64,000 nt of DNA. Source: Chloroflexota bacterium (GTDB lineage: Bacteria; Chloroflexota; Dehalococcoidia; Lucifugimonadales; UBA3495). The stretch's first letter is position 1, and every line of letters starts with the position of its first letter. The notes under the pieces were generated by a model. The model worked only from the letters and a program-made list of their open reading frames with translations. It searched no databases and had not been told where the DNA came from. A program made the translations under genes and the position numbers. The DNA lies in NCBI GenBank assembly GCA_009840165.1, contig VXOG01000091.1:7914-71913 (forward strand), in the 5' to 3' direction. Shown one piece after another: positions 8,501 to 17,328 of the stretch.

Positions 8501-9739
8501 ATGATGTACGACGTCATCATCGCCGGAGCTGGACCGGCAGGGTCAACCGCCGCCCGGGAAGCGGCATTGCGCGGCCTTTCCGTGTTGATGCTCGACAGGG
8601 CCGAGTTTCCCCGTGATAAGCCGTGCGGAGGAGGCGTAAACGTCCGGACCGCCAATCTCCTTGACCTTGACCTGACTCCTGTTACGGAGCGCGCCATCAC
8701 CGGAGCGACATTCTCATGGCGTCGCAGGTTCGAGTTCTCCCGCACGTCGCGCGGCCCCATCACGTACATGACGCAGCGCCGCGACCTGGATACCTTCCTG
8801 GCCGAGCAGGCAGCCAGCGCGGGTGTGAATTTCCGGCAGAGGGAGGCCCTCAGCAGCGTTGAACAGAGCGGCGATAGTGTGGCCGTTCAGGCCGGCGGAT
8901 ACACCTACCGGGGCCATACGCTTGTAGTCGCGGACGGCGCCAATGGAATCGCCGCCCGGATGGCGGGCATTTCCACCGACTTCGTGCGTTGGGTTGCCCT
9001 GGAAGGGAATATTACGCCGAAAGGCGAGTTCCCCCGCAGATGGGAAACATTCATGGGGTTCGACTTCGGCAGCTTGCCCGGCGGATATGGCTGGGTGTTC
9101 CCGAAGGGAGACCATTTGAACGTAGGAGTCGGAGGTTGGAAACATGCTGGCCCCACGTTGCGCCCCAAACTCGACCTACTTGCCGACTCCTACGGGTTCG
9201 ATGCAACCGATCTCTGGGGTGTACGCGGGTACCACCTTCCTATACGCCAAAGGGGGTCGAAGCTGGTCGCCGGCAACATATTGCTCGTAGGGGATGCCGC
9301 CGGTGTTCTTGATCCGCTGACCGGAGAGGGTATCTTTGGCGCGGTCTGGACAGGCAAAGCCGCAGCGGAAACCATCGAAGGTTATTTGGACGGGAGAACG
9401 CCTGGCCTGGACGCCTACCGGCAACAGGTCGAAGGCCAACTCTTGCCGGAGCTCATCGTGGGCGGGCAACTCCATGACATCTTCCACCTTTGGCCCGGCC
9501 TTTTCGTCGGCATGGAGCGCGGCGCGTCCGTCCTTTGGCCCCCATTTGAGCGCATGCTCCGGGGGGAAGAGACCTATGTGTCCTTTGCTCGCGGCCTCGG
9601 CCGGCTGTGGCCGTTGTTGGAATTCCTCTCGGATTCCATTCGAGTGTTCCCACCACTCCGCCGGATGTCGGGGCTTAACGACGCAATTGCGCCGGAGCGT
9701 TTCTTCCAGAGGATGTCAGTACGCCGAACGGACACTTAG
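8501..9739 (+). CDS. Geranylgeranyl reductase family FAD-dependent oxidoreductase
   Basis: 412 aa. YDVIIAGAGPAGSTAAREAALRGLSVLMLDR..PRDKPCGGG; GGYGWVFPKGDHLNVGVG; LLVGDAAGVLDPLTGEGI. Confidence 0.8.
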   Translation: MMYDVIIAGAGPAGSTAAREAALRGLSVLMLDRAEFPRDKPCGGGVNVRTANLLDLDLTPVTERAITGATFSWRRRFEFSRTSRGPITYMTQRRDLDTFLAEQAASAGVNFRQREALSSVEQSGDSVAVQAGGYTYRGHTLVVADGANGIAARMAGISTDFVRWVALEGNITPKGEFPRRWETFMGFDFGSLPGGYGWVFPKGDHLNVGVGGWKHAGPTLRPKLDLLADSYGFDATDLWGVRGYHLPIRQRGSKLVAGNILLVGDAAGVLDPLTGEGIFGAVWTGKAAAETIEGYLDGRTPGLDAYRQQVEGQLLPELIVGGQLHDIFHLWPGLFVGMERGASVLWPPFERMLRGEETYVSFARGLGRLWPLLEFLSDSIRVFPPLRRMSGLNDAIAPERFFQRMSVRRTDT

Positions 9740-9876
9740 CGGGATATATGGGCACATATCCGTAGGCTAGCTAATCTTAGAATTCCCCAGATCATCCCTT
9801 CCATTGACCGGATCGGTCGGTACGGCTTCGCGGCGATCTTCGAAGGTCTGAACGAAGCGTTGCTGCGATTGGGGAT

Positions 9877-11085
9877 TCAGATAACCCGCGCCGCCCGCAG
9901 CAGTCCCAGCTCCCGCACCGTGAGGCCCAGTTCGCCGCACAGGATTTCGACGTTGTGTTCGCCCAGACTCGGCGCCGGCCGGGCCGATGCCATGGCGTTT
10001 TCTCCGTCGATAAAGAATCCCGAGCCCGGGTATTGCAACGAGCCCGCTCCGGCATGGTCCATCTCGACGAAGAACCCTCTCTCTTCCAGGTGCGGCGATT
10101 CCACCACCTGCTGCGGCGTCTGCACCAGCCCTACGACCAAGCCCCGGGCCATGGTCTCGCGCATCAAGTCCAGGTTGGTCCACTGGGCCAGCTTGGGGGC
10201 CACAAGGTCGTGAAGCTCCTCCCAGTGTTCCATCCGGCCGGCGCGGGACGCGAACTTGGAGTCCAGCAGCCCCGGTTCCTCCAGAAACTCAGCCCAGGCT
10301 TCCATGGGACGACCGCCAGTGCCGGCCGTGGTGAGAGTTACTTCCCCGTCCAGGGTGGGCAGGTGCATCCCGTCCATCACGTTGCCGTCGCTGCCTCCCC
10401 GGTGTGGGTTGCGTCCGGTGTAGGTGTAGGGGTGAATCAGCCCGGAGGGGGTGCTGACGGCGGCCTCCATGGTCGATACGTCGATGTGGCTGCCCTTACC
10501 TGACTGCTCCCGCCGCAACAGCGCCGCCATCACCGCCACCGCGCCGTTGCGGGCCGCGGTAATCTCCATCTGCTGCAGGGCCGTGCCCATGGGCGGCCGG
10601 CTGGCCGAGCCCGTTACCGCGTAAAGGTAGCCCCCCATGGCCTGGGCCACCAGATCATCGCCCTGGTAGCCGGCATAGGGCCCGTCCTGGCCAAAATAGG
10701 TTATGGAAACCAGGATCAGGCCGGGGTTGGATTGGGACAACCGCTCATAGCCCAGCCCTAATTCCGCCAGCCTTCCCGGTGCATAGCTCTCAACGATAAT
10801 ATCCGCAGTGGCGGCCAATCGCTCGAAAAGCTCCCGACCGTCCGCCTGCTCCACGTCCAGCGTGATGCCCCGCTTGTTGGTATTGAAGGCAAGGTAGGAG
10901 GTGCCCCGGTCGGGGTCGGGAACCTCGTCGATGAAGGGCGGCTCGTGGCGCGCCTGGTCGCCCCAGCCGGGCGGCTCAACCTTGATGGCGTCCGCGCCCT
11001 GGTCGGCCAGCAGCTTGGCGCAATAGGCGCCCGAGGGCCGGTGGGTCAGTTCCAGTACGCGCAATTCCGAAAGTATTCCGGGCAT
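9877..11085 (-). CDS. Family III CoA-transferase (CaiB/BaiF)
   Basis: 402 aa. LSELRVLELTHRPSGAYCAKLLADQGADAIKVEPP is the typical N-terminus. Confidence 0.85.
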   Translation of the reverse strand: MPGILSELRVLELTHRPSGAYCAKLLADQGADAIKVEPPGWGDQARHEPPFIDEVPDPDRGTSYLAFNTNKRGITLDVEQADGRELFERLAATADIIVESYAPGRLAELGLGYERLSQSNPGLILVSITYFGQDGPYAGYQGDDLVAQAMGGYLYAVTGSASRPPMGTALQQMEITAARNGAVAVMAALLRREQSGKGSHIDVSTMEAAVSTPSGLIHPYTYTGRNPHRGGSDGNVMDGMHLPTLDGEVTLTTAGTGGRPMEAWAEFLEEPGLLDSKFASRAGRMEHWEELHDLVAPKLAQWTNLDLMRETMARGLVVGLVQTPQQVVESPHLEERGFFVEMDHAGAGSLQYPGSGFFIDGENAMASARPAPSLGEHNVEILCGELGLTVRELGLLRAARVI

Positions 11086-11097
11086 GGTCTCTCCAAC

Positions 11098-11134
11098 TCA
11101 ATTACGGCCTTGATTCATCGGGCCGGGGCGCGCC
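11098..11134. repeat. 37-bp perfect direct repeat, copy 1
   Basis: tcaattacggccttgattcatcgggccggggcgcgcc, identical to 12043-12079. Lies 12 nt upstream of the CoA-transferase start at 11085. Confidence 0.95.
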
Positions 11135-11742
11135 CCTTGCCTTCTTCTCCCGCGTCCATCGCGGTTCCTGACGGCTGCTCCGAAGCTGTTGCTCCGCTTG
11201 GCACATTCCTGCTCCACGGCTTCCTTCGATAGGGCTTCCCACAGCCGCTGGGCGTTCTGGCTAATATTCTCGTAGTGCAATCCCAGCGGGAGGTTGCCTA
11301 CACGCTCCCAGCCATTCCCTTCCCGCTTGGCAATCTCCCAGTATTGGCCGTTGGTTAAGACAGCTATCATAGCGGTCGGAATGTCCTGCAAGTAGCGCTC
11401 CATTTGGTCCAGTGCCCGCTCGTCATCGGACTCGACGTCGATACGCTTGGCTTCAATCACGACGGCTGGTTGGTCGGTCGGGCACATAAGCACATAGTCC
11501 ACACGTGTTGCCGGGTAGTTGCCGCGGCGATCTACTACGTGCTCTACAACGCACTCGGCTGGGTTGGATAGGTCCCAGCCCAAAGCCCGCAGTATGGGGT
11601 CAATGAGGATGTAGCGGGTGCTGGTCTCGTGGTTGTTGACAGGAGCCTTGATGTTCACTGGACCCCTGGGCGGTTTTGGTTGAAACTTGGCTACGTGCTT
11701 CTGTGCTGTGATGATGGCTTGTTCTACTTCGGCTTTGCTCAA
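11098..11742 (-). CDS. HsdR_N-type (type I restriction enzyme R N-terminal domain) stand-alone PD-(D/E)XK nuclease-like protein
   Basis: 214 aa with TTG start and RBS caggag. ETSTRYILIDPILRALGWDL...RVDYVLMC...PAVVIEAKRIDV (D...E-x-K core). The last 12 residues and the stop are encoded inside repeat copy 1. Confidence 0.65.
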   Translation of the reverse strand: MSKAEVEQAIITAQKHVAKFQPKPPRGPVNIKAPVNNHETSTRYILIDPILRALGWDLSNPAECVVEHVVDRRGNYPATRVDYVLMCPTDQPAVVIEAKRIDVESDDERALDQMERYLQDIPTAMIAVLTNGQYWEIAKREGNGWERVGNLPLGLHYENISQNAQRLWEALSKEAVEQECAKRSNSFGAAVRNRDGRGRRRQGARPGPMNQGRN

Positions 11743-12042
11743 GATGTGCTCCTGATGGGAGATCCGCGGAATGTAGACACGCGGTACGCAGCTATGTCCG
11801 GCAGCGCGATTTGGCTATGCTTGCTCAACGCTGTTTCCTAATCAGCGTGGCACGATGGGCAGTTGACTAGCGGGTTGTGGACAGCTTTGCCATTTTGCAC
11901 TTACAGAGTTGGCTCGTTTGGCCGGGATGGTATCACCTCGCTACCCGCCGGTAAAAGGAACCACAATTGCCTATCTATGAATGCGAATATCGCTGGTCTT
12001 CGACATTGTTCATCTGTCCTGGCGTTCGCGTGCAATGACCAA

Positions 12043-12079
12043 TCAATTACGGCCTTGATTCATCGGGCCGGGGCGCGCC
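12043..12079. repeat. 37-bp perfect direct repeat, copy 2
   Basis: Identical to 11098-11134. Here it encodes the C-terminus (..GAPRPDESRP*) and stop of the CoA-transferase 12047..13306. Confidence 0.95.
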
Positions 12080-13306
12080 GAAGACCACGCCTTCGGATTC
12101 CAGTTCCCCTATATCCGCCGGCGACAACCCGGCCAACTCTGCCAGTATCGCATCGTTGTCCTGTCCCAATCCCGCGACCTTCTCAATTGACATGGGATTG
12201 CCGGGATCTTTGTAGGGCCGTCCAGCGAAAACACGGGAACCAACGGCCGGGGCTTGGGGGTTGGAGAACTCCCACAGATAACCGCGCTCCCGCAGATGAA
12301 AGTCGTGAACCAGGTCCTCGGCGGCCATCGCAGAGCCGGCGGCGATGCCCAATCCCTGCAACCTTTGCGCCAGCTCCAGGTCGTCGTGCTGGGAGGTCCA
12401 GTTGCCGATCAGCTCGTCCAGTTCGTGGCGGTTGCGCCAGCGGGCCAGAGCGGTGGCGAATTTGGCGTCCTCGGCCCACTGGGGCCGGCCCATGGCTTCC
12501 TTCAGCGATTTCCATTCCGTATCGGACGACACGACAATCACGATCCAGCGGTCGTCGCCCTTGGCCGGATAGACGTTGTGAGGCGCCTTCCACCAGTGGG
12601 CGCAGCCCAAGCGGTCACGGGTTATGCCCCGCTGCGCCTCCAAGATGGCCGGCCCCACCGCCGAGACTCCGGTTTCCAGCATGGTGAGGTCAACGCGCAT
12701 CCCCTTGCCCGTCTTGTTACGCTGGTACAGGGCCAGCAGCAGGGCGTAGGCCACGTTGTTGCCCACGGAATGATCCATGTAGTTGGGGCTGGCCCGCTGG
12801 GAAGGTCCGCCCTCGTAGCCGGTCAGGTAGGACAAACCACAGGCGGCGTCAACGGTGCGGGCCCTGGAGCCGGCACGCCGCCAGGGTCCGGTGTAACCGT
12901 AAGCGGTGCTGCTGAGGGTGATGATGCGGGGATTGATTGCGGAGAGGCTGTCGTGGTCGAATCCGAACCGTTGCATGGTGCCGGGGCGGAAGTTGTCGGT
13001 CACGATGTCGGCCTGCTCCACCAGCTTGAGAAAGACTTCCTTGCCCCGCGGGTGGGTAACGACCATGCACAGGCTGCGCTTGTTGCGGGCGCCGTAATAG
13101 ACCATGTTGCCGGCTTCGTTCCACCACTCTTCACCCGCGGTTCCTGCCGGAAAGGGCCCGGCTTTGCGGTCTTGCAGGTGGTCGGGGCTTTCGACGCGGA
13201 TGACATCTGCGCCCAGATCCGCAAGGAATCCCGTCCCCCACGGCAGGGCATGCACCTGCTCCAGGCTAAGGACTCTAACCCCGTCGAGAATTCCCTGCTC
13301 CGCCAT
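12047..13306 (-). CDS. Family III CoA-transferase (CaiB/BaiF)
   Basis: Start chosen at MAEQGILDGVRVLSLEQVHALPWGTGFLADLGADVIRVESP (ATG 13306, ggagg RBS 10 nt upstream). The ORF-track extension to 13531 is low-complexity. Confidence 0.85.
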   Translation of the reverse strand: MAEQGILDGVRVLSLEQVHALPWGTGFLADLGADVIRVESPDHLQDRKAGPFPAGTAGEEWWNEAGNMVYYGARNKRSLCMVVTHPRGKEVFLKLVEQADIVTDNFRPGTMQRFGFDHDSLSAINPRIITLSSTAYGYTGPWRRAGSRARTVDAACGLSYLTGYEGGPSQRASPNYMDHSVGNNVAYALLLALYQRNKTGKGMRVDLTMLETGVSAVGPAILEAQRGITRDRLGCAHWWKAPHNVYPAKGDDRWIVIVVSSDTEWKSLKEAMGRPQWAEDAKFATALARWRNRHELDELIGNWTSQHDDLELAQRLQGLGIAAGSAMAAEDLVHDFHLRERGYLWEFSNPQAPAVGSRVFAGRPYKDPGNPMSIEKVAGLGQDNDAILAELAGLSPADIGELESEGVVFGAPRPDESRP

Positions 13307-13745
13307 TACCCCTAGACCTCCATTTGCCGTTGCTACGCCAAAGCGTTTGACCGGCCCAATGATAGTCCAGACGCTGATAGACGACAATAAGGAGTGAGTC
13401 ATCGAGGTCAACGGGTTGTTCATTACCACCGAAACCACCGCCGATGAGCATGAGGATGGCGTCGAACACGATGAAGCACAGCACTTCCAGAACCCGGACG
13501 GTCGGTTGCCGCTGAGCTCAGTGGACACCAATGCCAGATGGCGGACCAGCCGACCTGGTAAATTATCCGGGTTGCGCTATCAGGAGAGCGTCATGAGGAG
13601 CGACAGGCCGTTTCCACTCAGCCGTCGCCATACCGGCCGCGTTGTGTTAGTGTCTTAACGAACGCAGCTGATAGGGTCTTGGGACGGTTCTTGGTTATCA
13701 CAATTAGCGAAATCTTAACAGAACCTATTGATATGATAGGACGAC

Positions 13746-13877
13746 ATGAACGAGCATAACCCTACTCATCTAAATGTACTTGCGCCACCTTGTAGTATCA
13801 ATAGATCCTACCTGAAGCAATGGCGCTGTGCCATCCAGGGGTACTATTACTTGTTCAGTGATTGGGGCGTCCGTTAA
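13746..13877 (+). CDS. Candidate small ORF (43 aa) in AT-rich spacer
   Basis: Own translation: MNEHNPTHLNVLAPPCSINRSYLKQWRCAIQGYYYLFSDWGVR*. AGGA lies 4 nt upstream of the ATG, and the stop lies in the loop of the hairpin at 13864-13889. No recognised family. Confidence 0.25.
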   Translation: MNEHNPTHLNVLAPPCSINRSYLKQWRCAIQGYYYLFSDWGVR

Positions 13878-13899
13878 CCAGGACACCCCTTTTGTTTTT
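13864..13899 (+). terminator. Intrinsic-terminator-like hairpin + T-run
   Basis: ggggcgtcc-gttaacca-ggacacccc (8 of 9 bp paired) followed by ttttgttttt. Sits 35 nt upstream of the start at 13934. Confidence 0.5.
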
Positions 13900-13933
13900 C
13901 GAGAACCGTTGTCGCTTGCGATTCGGAGGAACT

Positions 13934-14989
13934 ATGACAACTGCTCGCGGCGGCATTCATCTGGTAGGGAGCGTTCCTCTGTCCGACGCTGAGACCGTTT
14001 TTCGCACGGTGAGCGGCGCGTTGAACCCGTTCCTGCGGCGCATCACGGACGGCGAAACCGGGCGACGCGGACGGTGGATCTGGTTCCAGCGGGAGATGTT
14101 GCTGGAGCATCCCGACATGGAGGTGGACACGGACGACCCGCCTTACGCGCTGTACCAATGGGACGGCCAACTGCTGCGCGAAACGCCGTATGTCCGTTTC
14201 AAGGCCGGAGTTGACCCTGCGTCGGTGGAGTTTCCGACGGGTTATGCGGAGGCGGCACTGGAGTCGTTCGATCTCTACACGCAACTGCAATCCGATGGGG
14301 TCATTGGGCAGGATATGCTGTTCCAGGTATCGCTGCCCACGCCGATGGCTACTGCGTACATGTACGTCAGCCCCGATGCGCGCGGCGATTACATCCCCGC
14401 TTACGAGCGTTCGTTGCTGGGCGCGTTGGGTGAGATTGTGGCGTCGGTTCCCCACGACAAGTTGTCCATTCAGTGGGACGTGTGCCAAGAGGTGCTGATC
14501 TTCGAGGACTACTTCCCGCAGCGGCCCGACGACTACAAGGGGCAGGTGTTCGCGGAGTTGGGCCGGCTGGGCAACGCCGTGCCGGATGCCGTGGATCTGG
14601 GTTATCACCTGTGCTATGGCTCGCCCCGGGACGAGCACCTGGTGATGCCTCAGGACATGGGCATCCTGGTGGAAATAGCTAACGGCGTGTCCGAGGCGTT
14701 GGACAGGCGGCTGAATTACGTCCACATGCCGGTGCCGCAGGACAGGACGGACGCTGCGTACTTTCGGCCGCTGCGGGGGTTGGAACTCGCGGACGAGACC
14801 GAGGTGATGCTCGGCTTGATTCACTATGACGACGAGGACGGAGATTGCGCCCGGATGGACACGGCGCTCCGTTTCCTGGCATCGTTCGGGGTGGCGACCG
14901 AGTGCGGTTGGGGCCGCACGAATCCCAACCGGGTGCCGGGCCTGCTGGTGAGCCACCGGCTGGCAATTGACTACCTGATTAATGGGTGA
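13934..14989 (+). CDS. Hypothetical protein, possibly MetE-C-terminal/UROD-like TIM barrel (weak)
   Basis: 351 aa from MTTARGGIHLVGSVP (ggagga RBS). DLGYHLCYGSPRDEH and GVATECGWG are reminiscent of the His/Cys/Cys zinc ligands of cobalamin-independent methionine synthase-like proteins. Assignment is tentative. Confidence 0.35.
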   Translation: MTTARGGIHLVGSVPLSDAETVFRTVSGALNPFLRRITDGETGRRGRWIWFQREMLLEHPDMEVDTDDPPYALYQWDGQLLRETPYVRFKAGVDPASVEFPTGYAEAALESFDLYTQLQSDGVIGQDMLFQVSLPTPMATAYMYVSPDARGDYIPAYERSLLGALGEIVASVPHDKLSIQWDVCQEVLIFEDYFPQRPDDYKGQVFAELGRLGNAVPDAVDLGYHLCYGSPRDEHLVMPQDMGILVEIANGVSEALDRRLNYVHMPVPQDRTDAAYFRPLRGLELADETEVMLGLIHYDDEDGDCARMDTALRFLASFGVATECGWGRTNPNRVPGLLVSHRLAIDYLING

Positions 14990-15041
14990 GCCGTCCAATC
15001 CGCTATAATCCGGCCAACCTGCAAACGATTGGGGTTATACG

Positions 15042-15818
15042 GTGGAGATTAATGGCGGCGTGTTCATCATCACAGGTTCGGCGACGGGTTTGGGCGCGGA
15101 AGTGGCGCGGCAGTTGGCCGCGAAAGGTGGCCGCGTGGTAATCAACTATACGCGGAGCGAGGCTGAGGCCAAAGCATCGGCGGAGGCGTGCCGGGCCGCC
15201 GGCGGAGAGGCCATCCTGTGCCAGGCCGACGTTTCGTCCGACGAGGACTGCCGGCGGATGGTGGCGGCGGCGCTGGAGCAGTGGGGGCGGATCGACGGGC
15301 TGGTGAACAACGCTGCCACGTCGGTGATCGTGCCGCACTACGACCTGGAGGGCCTGGCCTCGGACGATTTCCGGCGCGTTCTGGACGTGAACGTGGTTGG
15401 CGCGTTCCAGATGGCGCGGGCGGTCACGCCTGCCATGCAGGAACTCGGCAAGGGCGCAATCGTCAACGTCTCGTCAGGCTCGGGATTCAGCGGGTCGGGC
15501 AGTTCCATCGCCTATGCGGCGTCCAAGGCCGCGTTGAACGTGATGACGTTCTCACTGGCCCGCGCGCTGGCGCCGGAGATACGGGTCAACGCCGTGTGTC
15601 CGGGCGTGATGCAGACCCGGTGGTGGCGGGACGGCCTGGGCGATGGTTACGAGGGGTTCATCGAACGCTACGCGGCATCTGCGCCGCTGCAAACGGCCGG
15701 CACCACGGAGGCGGTGGCCGACCCGGTGGTGTGGCTGCTGGAAGGCGCGGAGCACGTGACCGGCGAGACGATACTGGTGGACGCCGGGTCGCACCTGGGG
15801 CCGTCGCCGCGGCGGTAG
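15042..15818 (+). CDS. SDR family oxidoreductase (FabG-like)
   Basis: 258 aa. VFIITGSATGLGAEVARQLA, NNAA, YAASKAA. A TATAAT box sits at 15004-15009. Confidence 0.85.
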   Translation: MEINGGVFIITGSATGLGAEVARQLAAKGGRVVINYTRSEAEAKASAEACRAAGGEAILCQADVSSDEDCRRMVAAALEQWGRIDGLVNNAATSVIVPHYDLEGLASDDFRRVLDVNVVGAFQMARAVTPAMQELGKGAIVNVSSGSGFSGSGSSIAYAASKAALNVMTFSLARALAPEIRVNAVCPGVMQTRWWRDGLGDGYEGFIERYAASAPLQTAGTTEAVADPVVWLLEGAEHVTGETILVDAGSHLGPSPRR

Positions 15819-15825
15819 AGAGGAA

Positions 15826-16014
15826 TCAGAACAGCAGGAGGATCAGGAAAGCGAGGAACAAAATCGCTGCAAACGCCACTCCCGACACAAGCACTACATC
15901 GCCTTTTGTTACCCCTCGGCTTCCCTTGTTTCCCTTGGCGTCCTGCAACTTGCGCTGGGTTCTGGCGTGCATGAGGTGTTCGTCGGGATGATGCGGGGGC
16001 GGCAACATGGTCAT
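15826..16014 (-). CDS. Small tail-anchored membrane protein (62 aa), hypothetical
   Basis: AAGGAG lies 7 nt upstream of the ATG. C-terminal hydrophobic helix VVLVSGVAFAAILFLAFLILLLF. Confidence 0.45.
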   Translation of the reverse strand: MTMLPPPHHPDEHLMHARTQRKLQDAKGNKGSRGVTKGDVVLVSGVAFAAILFLAFLILLLF

Positions 16015-16086
16015 CGTGCTTCTCCTTAGGTGGGGGAGAGGCGGATACTCTCATTTGGGATGATCGGATAGACACCAGCATAGCAT

Positions 16087-16114
16087 GTAGGGGCGAATGA
16101 ATATTCGCCCCTAC
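16087..16114. repeat. Family B palindromic repeat
   Basis: gtaggggcgaatgaatattcgcccctac, 43 nt downstream of the stop of 16157..17302. Confidence 0.9.
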
Positions 16115-16156
16115 ACGGCGCCCCTACGGGGTGAGTTGCGTCTGCGCCGGAGCTTT

Positions 16157-17302
16157 TTACTTGAACAGGGCGGCGATGCGCTCGCCGACGGTGATTTCCT
16201 CGCCGGGGTTGAGGCCGAACATGTGGATGGCGATAAAGTCATCCTCGTCGCGGACGCGGGTCCAGACGGGCGGGTCGCCATCCTTGAGTCGGTCGCGCAG
16301 GTCGTAGATGTCGAAGCCGGCGACAGTGGGATCGACCCAGAGTTTCAAGCCGTAGGGTTGGTGGCCGATGACGTTGTCGATGAGTTCGGCGCGGAGGCCG
16401 GGAATGCCGGCGCATGCGCCAAGGATGGCGCGGCTGCGGCGCTCGGAGTCGGCGAGGCGGTCCTCGTGGTTCATGGTCATCCAGCGCCGGACGGCGGCGA
16501 CGGCGCCGATCATCTCCTGGCGGTCAACCTTCTGCGGTCGGCCGACACCGCGCACGCGCCGGCCCTCGTAGCTGGCGAAGGCTTGCAGACCGATCTTGCG
16601 GATCATGTCCTCGGAACCCAGGGCCAGGCCCGTCGATTGGGGCGAGCCCATGTACTTGGCGGCGATGCACTGGAAGTCCGCGCCCATGCGGATGTACTTG
16701 CCGAAGTTCTCCAGCGGGTAAATCTGTCCGGCGGCGTCCACGGTGACCAGCACGTCGTGGGCGTGGGCGATGGCGATGGTGTCCTCCAGCGACAGGGCGT
16801 TGGGGTCGTATTCCTGCTCCACAGCGTAGTAGTGGACGGCGGCGGTGTTGGGGCCGATGGCGTTCTCCAGATCTTCGGGCGTGGTGCGTTCCTCGGAGCC
16901 AAACATGACCAGCTTTGCGCCGGCCAGTTCCAGGCAGCGGTCGTACCAGTAGCGCTGGCGGGTCTGGATCAGTACCTCGTTCTTCATGCCGGCGGTATTG
17001 GGAAGCTGCTGGATACGGTCGTCGTCATCGCCGGCCATGGCGGCGGCGGTGGCCAGCATGAGGGCGGAGCCGGCGCCGGAGGTGATGTAGGCGGCGGGCA
17101 CGTTGACCATGCGGGCGATTGCTCCGCCGGCGGCCTCCTGGAGTTCCATGAGGGGGATGTACGCGCCGTCGGCCTGGGCCATGGCCTCGCGCACCTCGGG
17201 GACGGGAGTGGAGCCGCCCAACATGGTGACGCTGCCGGTGGCGTTGATGACAGGCTTTGCGCCGAGTTCCTTGTAGATGTTTCCCCAGTCGGCGGTGGTC
17301 AT
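16157..17302 (-). CDS. SelA-like / class-V-fold PLP-dependent enzyme (not canonical SelA)
   Basis: 381 aa. PVINATGSVTMLGGSTPVPEV..., ITSGAGSALMLA, candidate PLP-lysine context AAKYMGSPQSTG. Confidence 0.65.
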   Translation of the reverse strand: MTTADWGNIYKELGAKPVINATGSVTMLGGSTPVPEVREAMAQADGAYIPLMELQEAAGGAIARMVNVPAAYITSGAGSALMLATAAAMAGDDDDRIQQLPNTAGMKNEVLIQTRQRYWYDRCLELAGAKLVMFGSEERTTPEDLENAIGPNTAAVHYYAVEQEYDPNALSLEDTIAIAHAHDVLVTVDAAGQIYPLENFGKYIRMGADFQCIAAKYMGSPQSTGLALGSEDMIRKIGLQAFASYEGRRVRGVGRPQKVDRQEMIGAVAAVRRWMTMNHEDRLADSERRSRAILGACAGIPGLRAELIDNVIGHQPYGLKLWVDPTVAGFDIYDLRDRLKDGDPPVWTRVRDEDDFIAIHMFGLNPGEEITVGERIAALFK

Positions 17303-17328
17303 GGTTGGGCTCCTTTGGACGTTGCCGG

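Noticed and set aside
16157-17302. SelA-like gene as evidence for a selenocysteine pathway supporting the DUF3179 UGA.
   Set aside because: At 381 aa, and by its pattern, it belongs to the SelA-like/class-V-fold PLP enzymes rather than canonical SelA. It cannot be counted as Sec machinery. No selB, selD or tRNA-Sec is in the window.
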